From Pristiophorus japonicus (taxonomy: Eukaryota): DNA of 64,000 nucleotides. The translations under genes were made by a program, and so were the position numbers. This document shows positions 25,185-38,465 of the stretch, piece by piece. Position 1 is the stretch's first letter; every line of letters starts with the position of its first letter. The DNA is taken from the NCBI RefSeq assembly GCF_044704955.1, contig NC_091984.1, positions 144,770,001-144,834,000 on the forward strand. Reading direction: 5' to 3'. Under the pieces are notes generated by a model. It was given only the letters and a program-made list of their open reading frames with translations, ran no database searches and was not told where the DNA came from.

Positions 25185-26112
25185 AGCTGCGGCTCAATGG
25201 GCAGCACACTTGTCTCTGAGTCCAAAAGTTGTCGGTTCAAGTCCCACTCCAGAGACTAAGCTCAGAAATCTAGACTGACAGTCCCAGTGCAGTACTGAGG
25301 TAGTGACACACTGTTGGAGGAGCCGTCTTTCAGGTGAGAGATTAAACCGAGGCCTCGCCTGCCCTCTAAGGTGGGTGTTAACGATCCCATGCCACGATTT
25401 GAAGAAGAGCAGGGGAGTTCTCCCCGGTGTCCTGGTCAATATTTATCCCTCAATCAACATCACAAAATCAGACTGGGGATGAAATTGCCCTGCTGTGCAC
25501 CTACCATTAGTGCCTCCAGGGGCCGCGAAGGGAATGTGACAGTGTTTTCCCCGGGGAGGTGGGGGTGGCTACCAGCTCCCGCGAGATTATGCGGGATTTA
25601 GCAGAGACACGCAACGGAGAGCGTCTCGTGAGCCGTGTCCGCGCCAGTCCTGAGGGTCACGAACCGGTCCGCACTTCGCTGGCGAGGTGAAGCTTACTGC
25701 GATGTGCGCGTCGCCATTTGTTTTTGCCGAATTACCGGTCGGGCCTTTCTGTGCCAATGTGGTGGGGTTGGTGCTGCGATGGTGCAGCCCAACACTCGCC
25801 CCTCCGAGCCCACCCCCAGGGAAAGTGCAGTGCACCACATTGCGCTCCACTTCCTGACAGGGGCCGTGACCCCAATTTCGCTTCAGGGGCGGGACTTCGG
25901 CGTGGGAAAAGTTACTGCACCATCCGGGGCAATACGCAATTTGGGTCCATTATCTGGTCATAGTCACATGTGGGAGCTTGCTATGCACAAACTGTCTGTC
26001 GTGTCTCCTCCATTACCGCAGTGACTACACTTCAAAAATACTTAATTGGTTGTAAAGCACTTTGGGACATCCTGAGGTGGTGAAAGGCGCTATATAAATG
26101 CAAGTCTTTCTT
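25185..26112 (+). mobile_element. DeuSINE-type SINE split by a GC-rich MITE-like insert (~25473-25950)
   Basis: The SINE halves are colinear with 12140-12605. The insert has imperfect inverted ends GGGGATGAAATTGCCC ... GGGGCAAT..CAATTTGGGTCC. Confidence 0.7.
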
Positions 26113-27519
26113 TCCAATTCAGCTCAACATCTTTGAAACCCAAACCCGCGGACAGTGACGGACAGGTAAAGACCCTGTGGTCCATCCAGCCCGTCCCACA
26201 CAATTGCAATACCTTGTGTATCACAGTATAGACTCTCCACCCCATCCAAAACTACCTGATCTCCTGGGAGAGGCGAAAAACCAGGGAAAAAACCCATTGG
26301 GGGAAATAAATCTGGGAAACTCCTCTTCGACCCCCCCCGCTCCCCCCGGGTGATGGAAACTAGTCCAGGAGGTCACTGTGGCCCTGAATTCCCTGCAGTA
26401 ACTACCTTCTTTAAGTGGTGATCTCCGCACCGGCCACAAACAGGTCCTGCTCTCGCTTATGTGCAGCTCATGGATTCAAATTACAAGCTTTCCCCACAGT
26501 GTCAAGTGCTGCAAATACTGTGTTACATTATCAGGGTTATATTCTCACTGTCTGTCATTGTCACAACACTCGCTATATAAATGCAAGTTGTTGTTGTGTT
26601 TAGGGGCTGCTGTATCTGGCTTAGGCTTCTTATCCATCCCCCCTTCCCTTCCCCCTTCATTGGGGGCCGTGCCTTCAGCTGCCTGGGCCCTAACTCCCTG
26701 CTCCCTAAACCTCTCTGCCACTCCACCCCTCTCCTCTTTTAAGATCTCCCTTCAAACCCAATCTGTGACTCCCCCTCCCAGCCCCTCCCCCTTTGGCTCA
26801 GCACCACTTTGACCAGATTACGCCTCTGTCAGCTGCCTCGGGATGTTGTTCTAATGTTGCAGTTGCTATAGCAATGCAGGTTGTTGCTGCTGTACCTGGT
26901 GCAGAGCGTCTCTGTGTGGATATACCCCGTGCACTGAGCTCCGCGGTGAGGCCTCCCACAGTGGAATGACCTGCCGATGCTCGCTGCAGTGCGGAGTGGC
27001 TACTGACCCGCCAATCGGTCTGAGACACCACCTCACGAGCGGACGAGGAGATACACGCTGAGATCCATCATCAAATGACACGTGGGGAACTGGAAATGAT
27101 TCTGAAAACCTGACTGAAGGTTTGGTACAAACGGGTTTTACAAACCAATCAATTGAGTGATACAGAAATTGTCCAAAAATGTGGTCTTTTCAGAACCAAC
27201 ATCGCTTCCTTTTGGTATGAAGACAGCACTGCCAATTTCCCTCACAATTTGACTGAGCTGCAATTTTCAATGTCTCCTTACGTGGCTCGCTGTCAACCTT
27301 TATTCTATAACGCTCCTGTGAAGCGCTCGGGGAGTTTTACTGTGTTAAAGGTGCTGTATAAAAGTTGCTGTTGTTGTTTGTTCTGAGTTAGCTGTTCCAA
27401 CTGAGGTCGGGATGTGACTCACAGCTCAGACTTTGCGGCATCCAGTGATGCAATGTTGTATCGTGGGTTCAAGCCCCACTCCAGGGACCTGAGTGTAAAA
27501 GAAAGACATACACTACTGT

Positions 27520-27850
27520 GCAGTCCTGAGGGAGTGCTGCACTGTCAGAGGGGCAGTACTGAGGGAGTGCTGCACTGTCAGAGGGGCAGTACTGAGGGAG
27601 TGCCGCACTGTCAGATGGGCAGTACTGTCGGAGGGGCGGTACTGAGGGAGTGCCGCACTGTCGGAGGGGCGGTACTGAGGGAGTGCCGCACTGTCGGAGG
27701 GGCAGTACTGAGGGAGTGCTGCACTGTCGGAGGGGCAGTACTGAGGGAGTGCCGCACTGTCAGAGGGGCAGTACTGTCGGAGGGGCGGTACTGAGGGAGT
27801 GCCGCACTGTCGGATGGGTGGTACTGAGGGAGTGCCGCACTGTCGGAGGG
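27520..27850. repeat. 33-bp minisatellite expanded from a SINE internal segment
   Basis: Unit CAGTACTGAGGGAGTGCCGCACTGTCGGAGGGG. The same motif occurs once in the SINEs at ~12248 and ~21473. Confidence 0.92.
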
Positions 27851-28267
27851 TGTGCGTGTGTGCATTGGGAAAGTTCAGTCCTAGTCACGCAGCAATTGTT
27901 GGCAATGGTCTCTGATGAAGTCCATGTAGCCTCTGTTGGGTTCCCCTGGATCATTCTCAGTTACTGAGGAAGTCTCGGCAAATCCAATACATGGGAATAC
28001 CGAGCGCAGTGTTGGCCGACTTGACCTGGTGACCTGCTCACTGTTTCGATCCAGGTGCAGCAACACCTGGAACCTCCGATTCCCCCCTTGGCCAAGTTTC
28101 CCAGCACACTGAGCGCTTCAGTCCTCACTTTATCGCACGGCATCGCAGAGCGGTTGAATCCTTGCGTGAGATTTGTCTGCAAACAGTTGGATGGTGTCTG
28201 CTCTCAACTGGATTATGTTCTTGCAGAGGCTCGACAGCGCCTCCTTCTGGTTCTCCTTGTTCCCCCA

Positions 28268-28955
28268 CAACAACAACAACAACTTGTATTTATATAGCGC
28301 CTTTAATGGAGTGAAACGTCCCAAGGCGCTTCACAGGAGTATTATGGGATACAAATTTGAAACTTAGCCGCATAAGTAGAAATTAGTGCTGGTCAAACAG
28401 GTCGGTTTTAAGGGGCGTCTTGAAGGAGGAAAGAGAGGTAAAGAGGCAGAGAGGTTTAGGGAGGGAGTTCCAGAGCTTGGGGCTCAAGCAACAGAAGGCA
28501 CGGCCACCAATGGTTGAGCGATTATAATCAGGGATGCTCAGGAGGGCAGAATTAGAGGAGCGCAGACATCTTGGTTGGTTGTGGGGCTGGAGGAGATTAC
28601 AGAGATCGGGAGGGGTGAGGCCATGGAGGGTTTTGAAAATAAGGATGAGAATTTTGAAATCAAAGGCGTTGCTTAACCGGGAGCCAATGTAGGTCAGCGA
28701 GCACAGGGGTGATGGGTGAACAGGACTTGGTGCGAGTTAGGACACAGGCAGCTGAGTTTTGGGTCACCTCGAGTTTACGTAGGGTAGAATGTGGGAGACC
28801 AGCCAGGATTGCATTGGAATAGTCGAATCTAGAGGTAACAAAGCATGGATGAGGGTTTCAGCAGCGGATGAGCTGAGGCAAGTGCGGGGACACGTGATGT
28901 TGTGGAGATGGAAATAGACGGTCTTAGTTATGCTGCGGATGTGTGGTCGAAAGCT
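28268..28955 (-). mobile_element. L2-clade LINE 3' part
   Basis: LSFRPHIRSITKTVYFHLHNI...AETLIHA. Same family as 16205-16615. Confidence 0.88.
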
Positions 28956-30202
28956 CAGACTAATCAACGTGACCGTCACTTTATGAGACCAGTAATGGGC
29001 TCCAATTGTAATGTTGCCCAGGCCCGTGACACACAGAAACTGGACAAGTGTAGAGCAAACACCCCAACAATCTGCTCACCAGCGTGTCTGTGAGCTGCAG
29101 CTGTGAAACCTGTGGAGATTTGAACAACTCTCCGAAGGAGGAAGCCCCGGTGATTGGCTGACAGTCTGGGGCGGTAAGGATCGGAGCTGCCTGCCCTTCC
29201 ACAATGCCCGGCAGGCTGAGGCCAGAGTATTTCACCATTGCTCTGACCGGCAGGACAGCCTCCTTGTCGGACTTGCCCAGGTCCATCATCTGGTCCCATC
29301 CCCCCCTTTTCACCGTGTCCTTACCTACTGTTTTATTATTGGTCGGAGCCAGTGGGTCCTTTAGTGCCCCCACACAGTCCATGCCCATCTCTGCTTCTCC
29401 ATGTTTCACACCCAGCTGAGAAATCTCTCTGGTTGGATTTGCCGTGGGGAGCAGTACCATTGAGCAGAGAAACATTAACACAGGGGTTGAGATGAATGAG
29501 CAGGGTGCAGAATAACAGCGGGAATAATGTAGTCACTGCCTCTGCCAACTCGGGCTTAGTTTTCAGACGGCGGTCAGGGATTGAAGAGTTAAATAGATTG
29601 AAGCTCTCTCCTCGTTGCTCTCTCAGGCACAAATACACAGTCTGTAGCACTTTGCTGTGATTGGTCCACTCCTGCGGTTTCTGTGTTGCCATGGTTTCCA
29701 TTGTGAGGCCAGGGGACATGTGCCCTCAGTGGTGATGTGTCCCGCGGGGGTCATGTGCCCATATAAGTCCTGCCCGCTGTGTGCATCAGTTTAAGGTGAG
29801 TGTTGGGGGTGAAGGGCCAGACCTGAGATACAGGCGAGACGGACAAGGCAACATTCACAATCCTGGGCAGCCATGTTGGATTGAGCAGCTGGTTGTTCCT
29901 AATAGACAACCCTCCGCACCACAGACTCTCAAAGTCCTTGTGGCAAAAGGTGTAGAAATAGGAGTGTCCCACAGACATTTCCAACAGCATTGACCCAAAT
30001 TGTGATTTTCATGTGTCGGGGATTGAAACTGTTTAATGACGTCATGAGGAAGTAGTTGTGACATCAGAGCATTTTGTTGTGACATCAGAGCGGGCCATTG
30101 TGACATGTGTTCCAGTCTTCGCCCCTTAAAATGGCCGTTTATTGCCGACCAGCCCAGGTTTCTCCCCCAGATATCCTCCCTGCTTTCCTCCTTTGGCCTC
30201 GA

Positions 30203-33200
30203 GAGAGAAATCTCAGATCACACACAGATCGGGAGAACTTTATCCGGGAACATTGCGGCACTCTTGTATAAACACACTTCAGCAAGGCTTCATGTTGGGT
30301 GTCGGTGTAGAAGCTTCTAGATTGCATTTAAAAGCTTGCTGCCCAGCACCGGGGTGAGGTCAAGGGTGAGGCTACAATTAGCCTCAGTGTACCGGGGTCA
30401 GGCAGGGTCACTGCTCCCAATGATCCCGTGACCTCCTGGAAGGTCAGAGTGCGTGGACAATGGGCGAGGGTCAGGACCAGGGACCTCTCACTTCAATGAA
30501 AGAAAGCCTTAAATTTATATTGCGCCTTTCACCACCTCAGGACGTCCCAAGCTGCTTTACAACCAATTGCACACAGGAAGGTTTACGAGGATGTTGCGAA
30601 GACTGGAAAATTTTAGATATGAGGAGAGATTGGATAGGCTGGGTTTGTTTTCTTTGGCACAGAGGAGGCTGAGGGGAGATTTAATTGAGGTGTATAAAAT
30701 TATGAAGGGCCTAGATAGAGTGGATAGGATGGAACTATTTTCCTCAGCAGACTGGTCAACAACCAGGGCATAGATTTAAAGTAGGTGGTGGGAGGTTTAG
30801 AGGGGATTTGAGGGGAAATGTCTTCACCCAGAGGGTGGTGGGGGTCTGGAACTCACTGCCTAAAAGGGTGGTAGAGGCAGAAACCCTCACCACTTTTAAA
30901 AAGTACTTGGATGTGCACTTGAATTGCCGTAACCCACAGGGTTACGGACCCAAAGCTGGAAAGTGGGATTAGGCTGGATAGTTCTTTGTCGGCTGGCGTG
31001 GACAAGATGGGCCGAATGGCCTCCTTTCATGCTGTAAATTTCTCTGATTCAATGAGATCATGACCAGATCATCGGTTTTAACTATGTTAGTTGTGGGATA
31101 AATATTGGCCAGGACACTGGGAAGAACCTCCTTGTCCTTCCAATCATGATTATATGAGCTTTCATGCCCACTTGAGTTAGATTTAGCGTAGTTATGTAAA
31201 AGGACAAAGATAGAGCAGGAATAAAGGTTCTCAATTGCGGAAAGGTCCATTTTACTAAGCTGAGAGGTGATTTAGCAAAAGTGGGCTGGAAACAGCTGCT
31301 TGAAGGTAAATCAGTGTCAGAGCAGTGGGAGGTATTCAAGGGGGAGATAGTGAGGGTTCAGAGCAAGTATGTTCCACAAAGGAAAAGGGTGGCACTCCCA
31401 AATCTAGTGCCCCTTGGATGGCAAAGGGCAAACAGGGTAGGATAAGGCAAAAAAGGGAAGCTTATGTCAGATACCCAGAGCTAAATACTGCAGAAAGCCC
31501 AGAGGCATATAGAAAGTGCAGGGGTGAAATTAAAAAGGAAACTAGGAATACAAAGAAAGGGCATGAAAAAATATTGGCAAGTAAAATCAAGGAAAACCCA
31601 AAGATGCTTTGTAAATACATAAAGAGCAAGAGGATAACTCAGGAAAGAGTTGGGCCGATTAGAGACCAAAAAGGTAACCTGTGTGTGGAGGTGGAAGACG
31701 TGGGTATGGTTGTAAGTGAATACTTTGCATCTGTCTTCACAGAAGAGAGGAACAATGCAGACATTGTAATGAAGGAGAAGTATGAAATATTAGATGTGAT
31801 AAACATAGTGAGAGAGGAAGTATTAAGGGGTTTAGCTTCTTGGAAAGTGGATAAATCCCCAGGCCCAGTTGAAATATATCCCAAGGGAGGAAATAGCGGA
31901 GGTTCTGACCATCATTTTCCAATCATCCCTGGCTACAGGTGTAGTGTCGGAGGACTGGAGGACTGCTAACATGGTACCTTTGTTTAAAAAGTGAGAAAGG
32001 GATAGCCCAAGTAATTACAGGCCAGTCAGCCTAACCTCGGTGGTGGGAAAATTATTGGAAACAAATCTGAGGGAGAGGATAAATTGTCATATAGAAAGGG
32101 ACGGATTAATCAAGGACAGTCAGCAAGGATTTGTTAGTGGAAGGTCGCGCCTGACTAACTTGAGTGAATTTTTTGCGGAGATAACAAGGAGGGTCGATGA
32201 ATGTTGCACCTTTGATGTTGTCTACATGGATTTTTGCAAGGCATTTGGTAAAGTCTCACATGGCAGAAAAGTAAAAAGCCCAGGGATCCAAGGGAAAGTG
32301 GCAAGTGGGATCCAAAATTGGCTGAGTGGCAGTCTCTCACTCTGTCTCCATCTCTCACTCTCCCTTCCCCACAGACTCCCAGGTGCAGCACACTGAAATG
32401 CAGAGTAAACCTCCCTGTGCCCTGCCCCACCAATTAACCCTTGACCCCAGAGCATGCCTTCTCCTGGAGTAAGGCCCCATTCCCCACAGTGGCCATCCCT
32501 TTGCCTCTCTCAGTACACTGGCTGTTTATTGCCCAATTAAGGGTCGTTCTGTGCTGTGGGCCTATTCTCAGTGGGGACCGGTTTGGACAGAAATCTCATT
32601 TCATGAAGGCTCAACAGAGGGAGGAGATCCTCACCCCATCAATGTGAGCTGGAGCGACAGGACAGGGTCTGACCCACTGCCCCATCCTGTCTGCTCAGAA
32701 CATCTTCGAATCCCTTCCCCTCTCCTTCCCCTTCCATGGCCCGGCTCCAGGTCAGGGTGTGCCAATGATCCCAAATTTGCACCAGGAAGGGTCCGCACTC
32801 TACGTCTACCATGGACTCCATATCCCACTGGTCCTCCAATCGAGCCCAGGCAACATGGTTCCTTCCTTGGTCCCCCAGTAGGGACCAGGAAACATGGCTC
32901 CTTCCTATTGGTCCCACAATAGGGACCAAGAAATATGGATCCTTCCTATTGGTCCCCCAATAGGGACCAGGCAACATTTCTCCTTCCTATTGGACCACAC
33001 TGACCTACTGCCCCTGACATCCCTGCCCTCTGAGAGTCTGTGCTGAGGGTGAGGTGCCCTGCGGTCAGTTATCCTGTTGGCAAGCATCTTGAGAATGTTG
33101 GCACGTTAAAGGCACCAGATCAATGCAGACTGTGTGTGGATTTCGGGTGTGGATAGTGCTGGACACAATGGTGAGGCCTCCTGCAGTCGGATATCCTGCT

Positions 33201-33415
33201 GAGAGAGTCCAGGCTTACACACGTGGAATGGGGAAGTGGGTGAGGTTGGAACATGCTGTCAGGGCCCATGGAACTGGACCCCAGCATGAAGCCTTCCTCA
33301 GGAGAGGAGAGGGAATGTTCAGAGCCCTGGGCTCCATTTTCCACACCAGGCATTTCCTGTCCCAGTGAATGAATGAGATGCCAATTTTGTGCCCAGGTTA
33401 GGGGCAGTCTAGTGC
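30203..33415 (-). pseudogene. Inverted relic of a kappa cluster lacking promoter, L, V, J and C
   Basis: ~30203-32332 is the reverse complement of ~9334-11963 (J-C intron). ~32340-33000 is the reverse complement of ~53570-54280 (V upstream). ~33090-33415 is the reverse complement of ~47705-48020. Confidence 0.88.
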
Positions 33416-33429
33416 TGTGGAAAACTAGA

Positions 33430-36240
33430 TTTAAGTAATGCCCCTCTTTAGAAAAGAAGGCAGTCAAAAAGCAGGAAACTCTAGACCAGTTAGGCTAACA
33501 TCTGTAGTTGGGAAAATGTTGGAGTCCATTGTTAAAGAAGCAGTGGCAGGAGATTTGGGAAAGCATAATTCAGTCCGGCAGAGTCAGCATGGATTTATGA
33601 AGGGGAAGTCATGCTTGACAAATTTGCTGGAATTCTTTGAGGTTGTAAAGAACAGGGTGGATAAAGGGGAACCAGTGGATGTGGTGTATTTGGACTTCCA
33701 GAAGGCATTTGAGAAGGTGCCACGTAAAAGATTACTGCGCAAGATAAAAGTTCATGGGGTTGGGGGTAATATATTAGCATGGTTAGAGGATTGGCTAACT
33801 AACAGAAAACAGAGAGTCGGGATAAATGGTTCATTCTCAGGTTGGCAATCAGGAACTAGTGGGGTGCCATAGGGATCAGTGCTGGGACGTCAATATTTAC
33901 AATCTATATTAACGACTTGGATGAAGGGACTGAGTGTAATGTTGCCAAATTTGCTGATGATACAAAGATGGGAGGAAAAGCAATGTGTGAGGAGCACACA
34001 CAAAATCTGCAAAAAGACATAGACAAGCTAAGTGAGTGGGCAAACATTTGGTAGGTGGTGTATAATGTTGGAAAGTGTGAGGTTATGCCCTTTGCCACAA
34101 ATAATCGTCGAGCAAGTTATTATTTAAATGGAAACAAATTACCAAGTGCTTCAGTACAGCAGGACCTGGGGGTCCTGGTGCATGAAACACAACAGGATAG
34201 TATGCAGGTATAGCAATTGATCAGGAAGACAAATGGAATCTTGGCCTTTATTGCAAAGGGGATGGAGTACAAAAGCAGGGAAGTCTTGATACAATTATAC
34301 AGGGTATTGGTGAGGCCACACCTGGAAAATTGCATGCAGTTTTGCTTTCCATATTTACGAAAGGCTAAACTTTCAAGCAGTTCAGAGAAGGTTCATAGAA
34401 ACATACAAACAAAGAAAATAGGTGTTGGAGTAGGCCATTCGGCCCTTCGAGCCTGCACCACCATTCAATATGATCATGGCTGATCATGTAACTTCAGTAC
34501 CCCAATCCTGCTTTCTCTCTATACCCCTTGATCCCTTTAGCTATAAGGGCCATATCTAACTCCCTTTTGAATATATCTAACAAAGTGGCCTCAACAACTT
34601 TCTGTGGCAGAAAATTCCACATGCTCACAACTCTCTGACTGAAGAAGTTTCTCCTCATCTCAGTTCTAAATGGCTTACCCCTTATCCTCAGACTGTGATC
34701 CTTGGTTCTGGACTTCCCCAACATCGCAAACATTCTTCCTGCATCTAATCTGTCCAATCCCGTCTGAATTTTATATGTTTCTATGAGATCCTCTCTCATT
34801 CTTCTAAATTCCATTGAATATAAGCCTGAATCATTGGTGTATATTACAAAGAACAAGGGACTTAGTACTGAGCCCTGTGGCACCCCACTCGAAACAGCCT
34901 TCCAGTCACAAAAACACCTATTGACCATTACCCTTTGCTTCCTGCCACTGAGCCAATTTTGGATCCAACTTGCCACTTTCCCTTGGATCCCATGGGCTTT
35001 TACCTTCGTGACCAGTCTGCAATGTGGCACCTTATCAAAAGTCTTGGTAAAATCCATATACACTACATCAAATGCACTGCCCTCATCGACCCTCCTTATT
35101 ACTTCTTCGGTGAATTCAATTAAGTTCGTCGTCCAGGTTTTGTTGCATGTGGGCATGTGCCAGTTCATTGGATATATTCAAGAGGGAGTTAGATATGGCC
35201 CTTACGGCTAAGAGGATCAAGGGATATGGAGAGAAAGCAGGAAAGGGGTACTGAGGGAATGATCAGCCATGAACTTATTGAATGGTGGTGCAGGCTTGAA
35301 GGGCCAAATGGCCAACTCCTGCACCTATTTTCTATGTTTCTATGCTTCATTATCTGAGGAATATTAATTAAGGAAAGCCAACATAGATTTGTTGAAGGTA
35401 AATTGTGTTTAGCCAATTTGATTGAGTTTTTTGATGAGGTAACAGAGAGGGTTGATGAGGATAATGTGGTTGACGTATTCCAAAAGACATTTGATAAATT
35501 GCCACATAATAGGCTTGCCAGCAAATTTGGAGCCCATGGAATGGGGAATGGTAGCATAGTGGTAATGCTACTAAACTCGTAATCCAGAGACCTGAACCAA
35601 TGATCCACAGACATGAGTTCAAATCCCATCACAACAGCTGGAAAATTTAGATTTAGTTAATTAAATAAATCTGGAATAAAAAAGCGAGTGTTAGTAATGG
35701 TGACCATAGAAACATAGAAAATAGGTGCAGGAGTCGGCCATTCGGCCCTTCGAGCCTGCACCGCAATTCAATAAGATCATGGCTGATCATTCCTTCAGTA
35801 CCCCTTTCCTGCTTTCTCTCCATACCCCTTGATCCCTTAACCGTAAGGGCCATATCTAACTCCCTCTTGAATATATCCAGTGAACTGACATCAACAACTC
35901 TCTGCGGCAGGAAATTCCACAGGTTAACAACTCTCTGAGTGAAGATGTTTCTCGTCATCTCAGTCCTAAATGGCCGACCCCTTATCCTAAGACTATGTCC
36001 CCTGGTTTTGGACTTCCCCAACATCGGGAACATTCTTCCCACATCTATCCTGTCCAGTCCCGTCAGAATCTTATATGTTTCTATGAGATCCTCTCTCATC
36101 CTTCTAAACTCCAGTGAATAAAGGCCCGGTTGAGCCAGTCTCTCCTCATATGAGAGCCCAGCCATCCCTGGCATCAGTCTGGTGAACCTTTGCTGCACTC
36201 ACTCAATAGCAAGAACGTCCTTCTTCAGACTAGATGACCA
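33430..36240. mobile_element. Nest of CR1 fragments on both strands plus a tRNA-derived SINE head (~35548-35705)
   Basis: Repeated RT and C-terminal CR1 motifs in ORFs 33438-33872(+), 34494-35168(-) and 35653-36198(-). Confidence 0.88.
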
Positions 36241-36244
36241 AAAA

Positions 36245-36618
36245 TTAACTCAAGATTTGATAGAGAATTCAAACTGGCTGCATTCAGACAGGCTGTGAAA
36301 ATTCACAGACACCAAGTCAGAGCTGCTATGTGAGTGGGAGCATGTTGCATTAAGTCATCAATCAACTTGACATTTTAGGATTTTGGGTGGCGAGCCAATT
36401 AAAAGGTTAAAAGACTATAAATTAAGCCAATAAGGTCAAAGAAGGCGAGTTCTTTTCTATAACTTGATCCAGGTATAAGTACAGCCATTTTGACTATGTG
36501 ATATCAGAAGGACAAAGACCTGGCTTAAAGCCAAGAGCTTCTTACTGCTGCCAAAAATAAAGTGACATTAAAGCTACAATCGGAGTTCGTATTTCATTGG
36601 AAATTAAGAGATCTAACA
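36245..36618 (+). mobile_element. 5' LTR of an endogenous retrovirus, left end cut by CR1
   Basis: TATAAG near 36474 and AATAAA at 36556-36561. Ends ...TAACA at 36618, just before a primer-binding site. Confidence 0.75.
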
Positions 36619-36622
36619 ATTT

Positions 36623-36640
36623 TGGCGTCACGAACACGAT
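36623..36640 (+). promoter_or_regulatory. Primer-binding site, tRNA-Ser(CGA)
   Basis: TGGCGTCACGAACACGAT. It differs at one base from TGGCGTCACGAACAGGAT, the complement of a vertebrate tRNA-Ser(CGA) 3' end as I recall it. A splice donor GAG|GTAAGG follows at 36688. Confidence 0.8.
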
Positions 36641-36904
36641 CGCTGAGGGAAGAAACTGAATTTTGGACATCGGACCTACATACTGAGGTAAGGACTCCTC
36701 TATAAAAGTCCTCGGTCAAAAGTCTAAATTCGCCTCTCCTTCTTCGTGATTCCAAAAGCCTCCGGTTTGCGAACCCTCCAGTTGGTAGTCGGTTCGAGGT
36801 CCCATAGATGTCTAAACTTCGGCGGTGTGTTAGTTAATTAATCACCGACCTATTGATCGGCTAGAAAGCCTACGACTCGAGACTCCAGTAAAAAAATCAG
36901 TATT

Positions 36905-38465
36905 ATGGCAGCAGGAGATAAGAGCAAAGAATTGCCTACAACTGTTAAAGGTGGGCAAGCGCCACTTGAGATTTCGCTAGATGAAATTCTCGAACAGTTG
37001 AAAGAATACATAGAGCAACAATTCAATTTAACTAAAACCTATATTAAGATCGAACAAAAGTACGGAACCTCCAAAGGACAATGGTCCTTGGACGAGATTA
37101 AAAAGGTCTGGGGAAAAACGATCCGTGTGAAAAATAAAGAGCGAACTAGATGGTCCCTAGCCATTATGGGAACGATCCGAAACTGGAATGAAATTATAAC
37201 GCGTTCCCAACCTGATCGAGAACTGACCAGTACAAAGGATCAATTGCAAGCTGTTTGTGCACAGCTGCGACAGAAAAAGCTTGAACTTGAAAAGCTGGAA
37301 GCGGAAGTTAAAGATCTTAAAGGTGAAATTACAGAATGGAAAAAATCATTCGGTCAAGAGACAGTAATAGGAAAAGGAAAATGTATCGGTCAATTCCCAG
37401 GGTACCCATGTTTGGATAAATTAAAAGCGCAAACCTGAAGACACGACCGAGGAATAGATACGAATTCTGAATCCTCCGACGATACAGTGTCGGAGGATGA
37501 AGAATTAGGGGTGCGCTTTGCCCCATTTAAAAAAAGACCAGTTGTAGTCAAATCAGAAGAGACTGCGGATGAGGGCGGAACCAAAAAAACAAGGAAAAGG
37601 GTGTACGAAAAATACTTGGTTCATGATACGGCAGACCCAGAGAAAATTGATAAATGGTCCAAGGAATTGACCAATCCAAAGAAAGGGGGAGTGAAAACGT
37701 GGGACCAATTGGACCGCTTAAGAAATATATATCAACTTCATCCCTGGGACGGAGTGCAAATTTTGACCATAATGGTGCCAAAAACACAGGGAAGAAAATT
37801 GCACGACAAGATAGAAGAAGCTTTGGGGCAGGATGAGCAAGAATTAGACTCAGGGTGGGAGGCGATTAAACACTGGCTGCAAGCCTTCAGTCCAGCTAAG
37901 ACAGACTGGGGAAAATTGCAGCCTGCCAACAGAAAGGAACAGAGGAGGTCCTGGAGTATGACGAACGGTTTAGATGCACGTGGCTGGAACATTCAGGTAT
38001 GAATAATACGGATGAGGAAATGGATGAACAAGTGTTTGGACCCCTGAAAGCAGCTTTCGTGGCAGGTCAAAAGCCAGAACTGTCCAAAATGCTTAAGGTA
38101 GTGTTACCGGACTGGGAAGGTAGAGGAACTACCTTTGCAGCATTGGTGGATCGATGTAACCAATTAGATCGGGATATGGGAGCTAAAGTCCGAGCTGTAC
38201 AGGCTATGGGATGGAAATCCCAGGATTCCGATAAACAGTCAATTGGAAAATTACCCGGAAAATGTCATTATTGTGGGAAAGAAGGTCACTGGGCCAAGAC
38301 GTGCAGGGCAAAACAGAAAGGTCGTGGCTGGGGAAGAGGACGCAGCCAGGGATACATTCAGCCAACAAACCAGGCTTGTCACAAGCTAACGACCTCATAG
38401 AAGCGTTTAAGCAACTGACAATACAACAACAGAAGGAGTTACTTGGGATAGCAAAAAACAATTAG
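36905..38465 (+). pseudogene. gag: ERV gag (several frameshifts)
   Basis: Consecutive ORF pieces from ATG 36905, a heptad-rich segment and a single zinc knuckle CHYCGKEGHWAKTC. Ends at TAG 38463-38465. Confidence 0.88.

Noticed and set aside
26495-26533. CACAGTG + 23 bp + ACATTATCA as an orphan RSS
   Set aside because: The nonamer is only 5/9 to consensus and no gene segment is adjacent; heptamers occur by chance several times in 64 kb.
27520-27850. CRISPR-like array (also 5950-6084, 51281-51460)
   Set aside because: Head-to-tail units with no unique spacers, in vertebrate DNA with no cas genes.
21655-30200. A second C exon after the duplicated intron blocks
   Set aside because: No CL motif (LVC..FYP, YS.SS.L, C..TH) seen on either strand.
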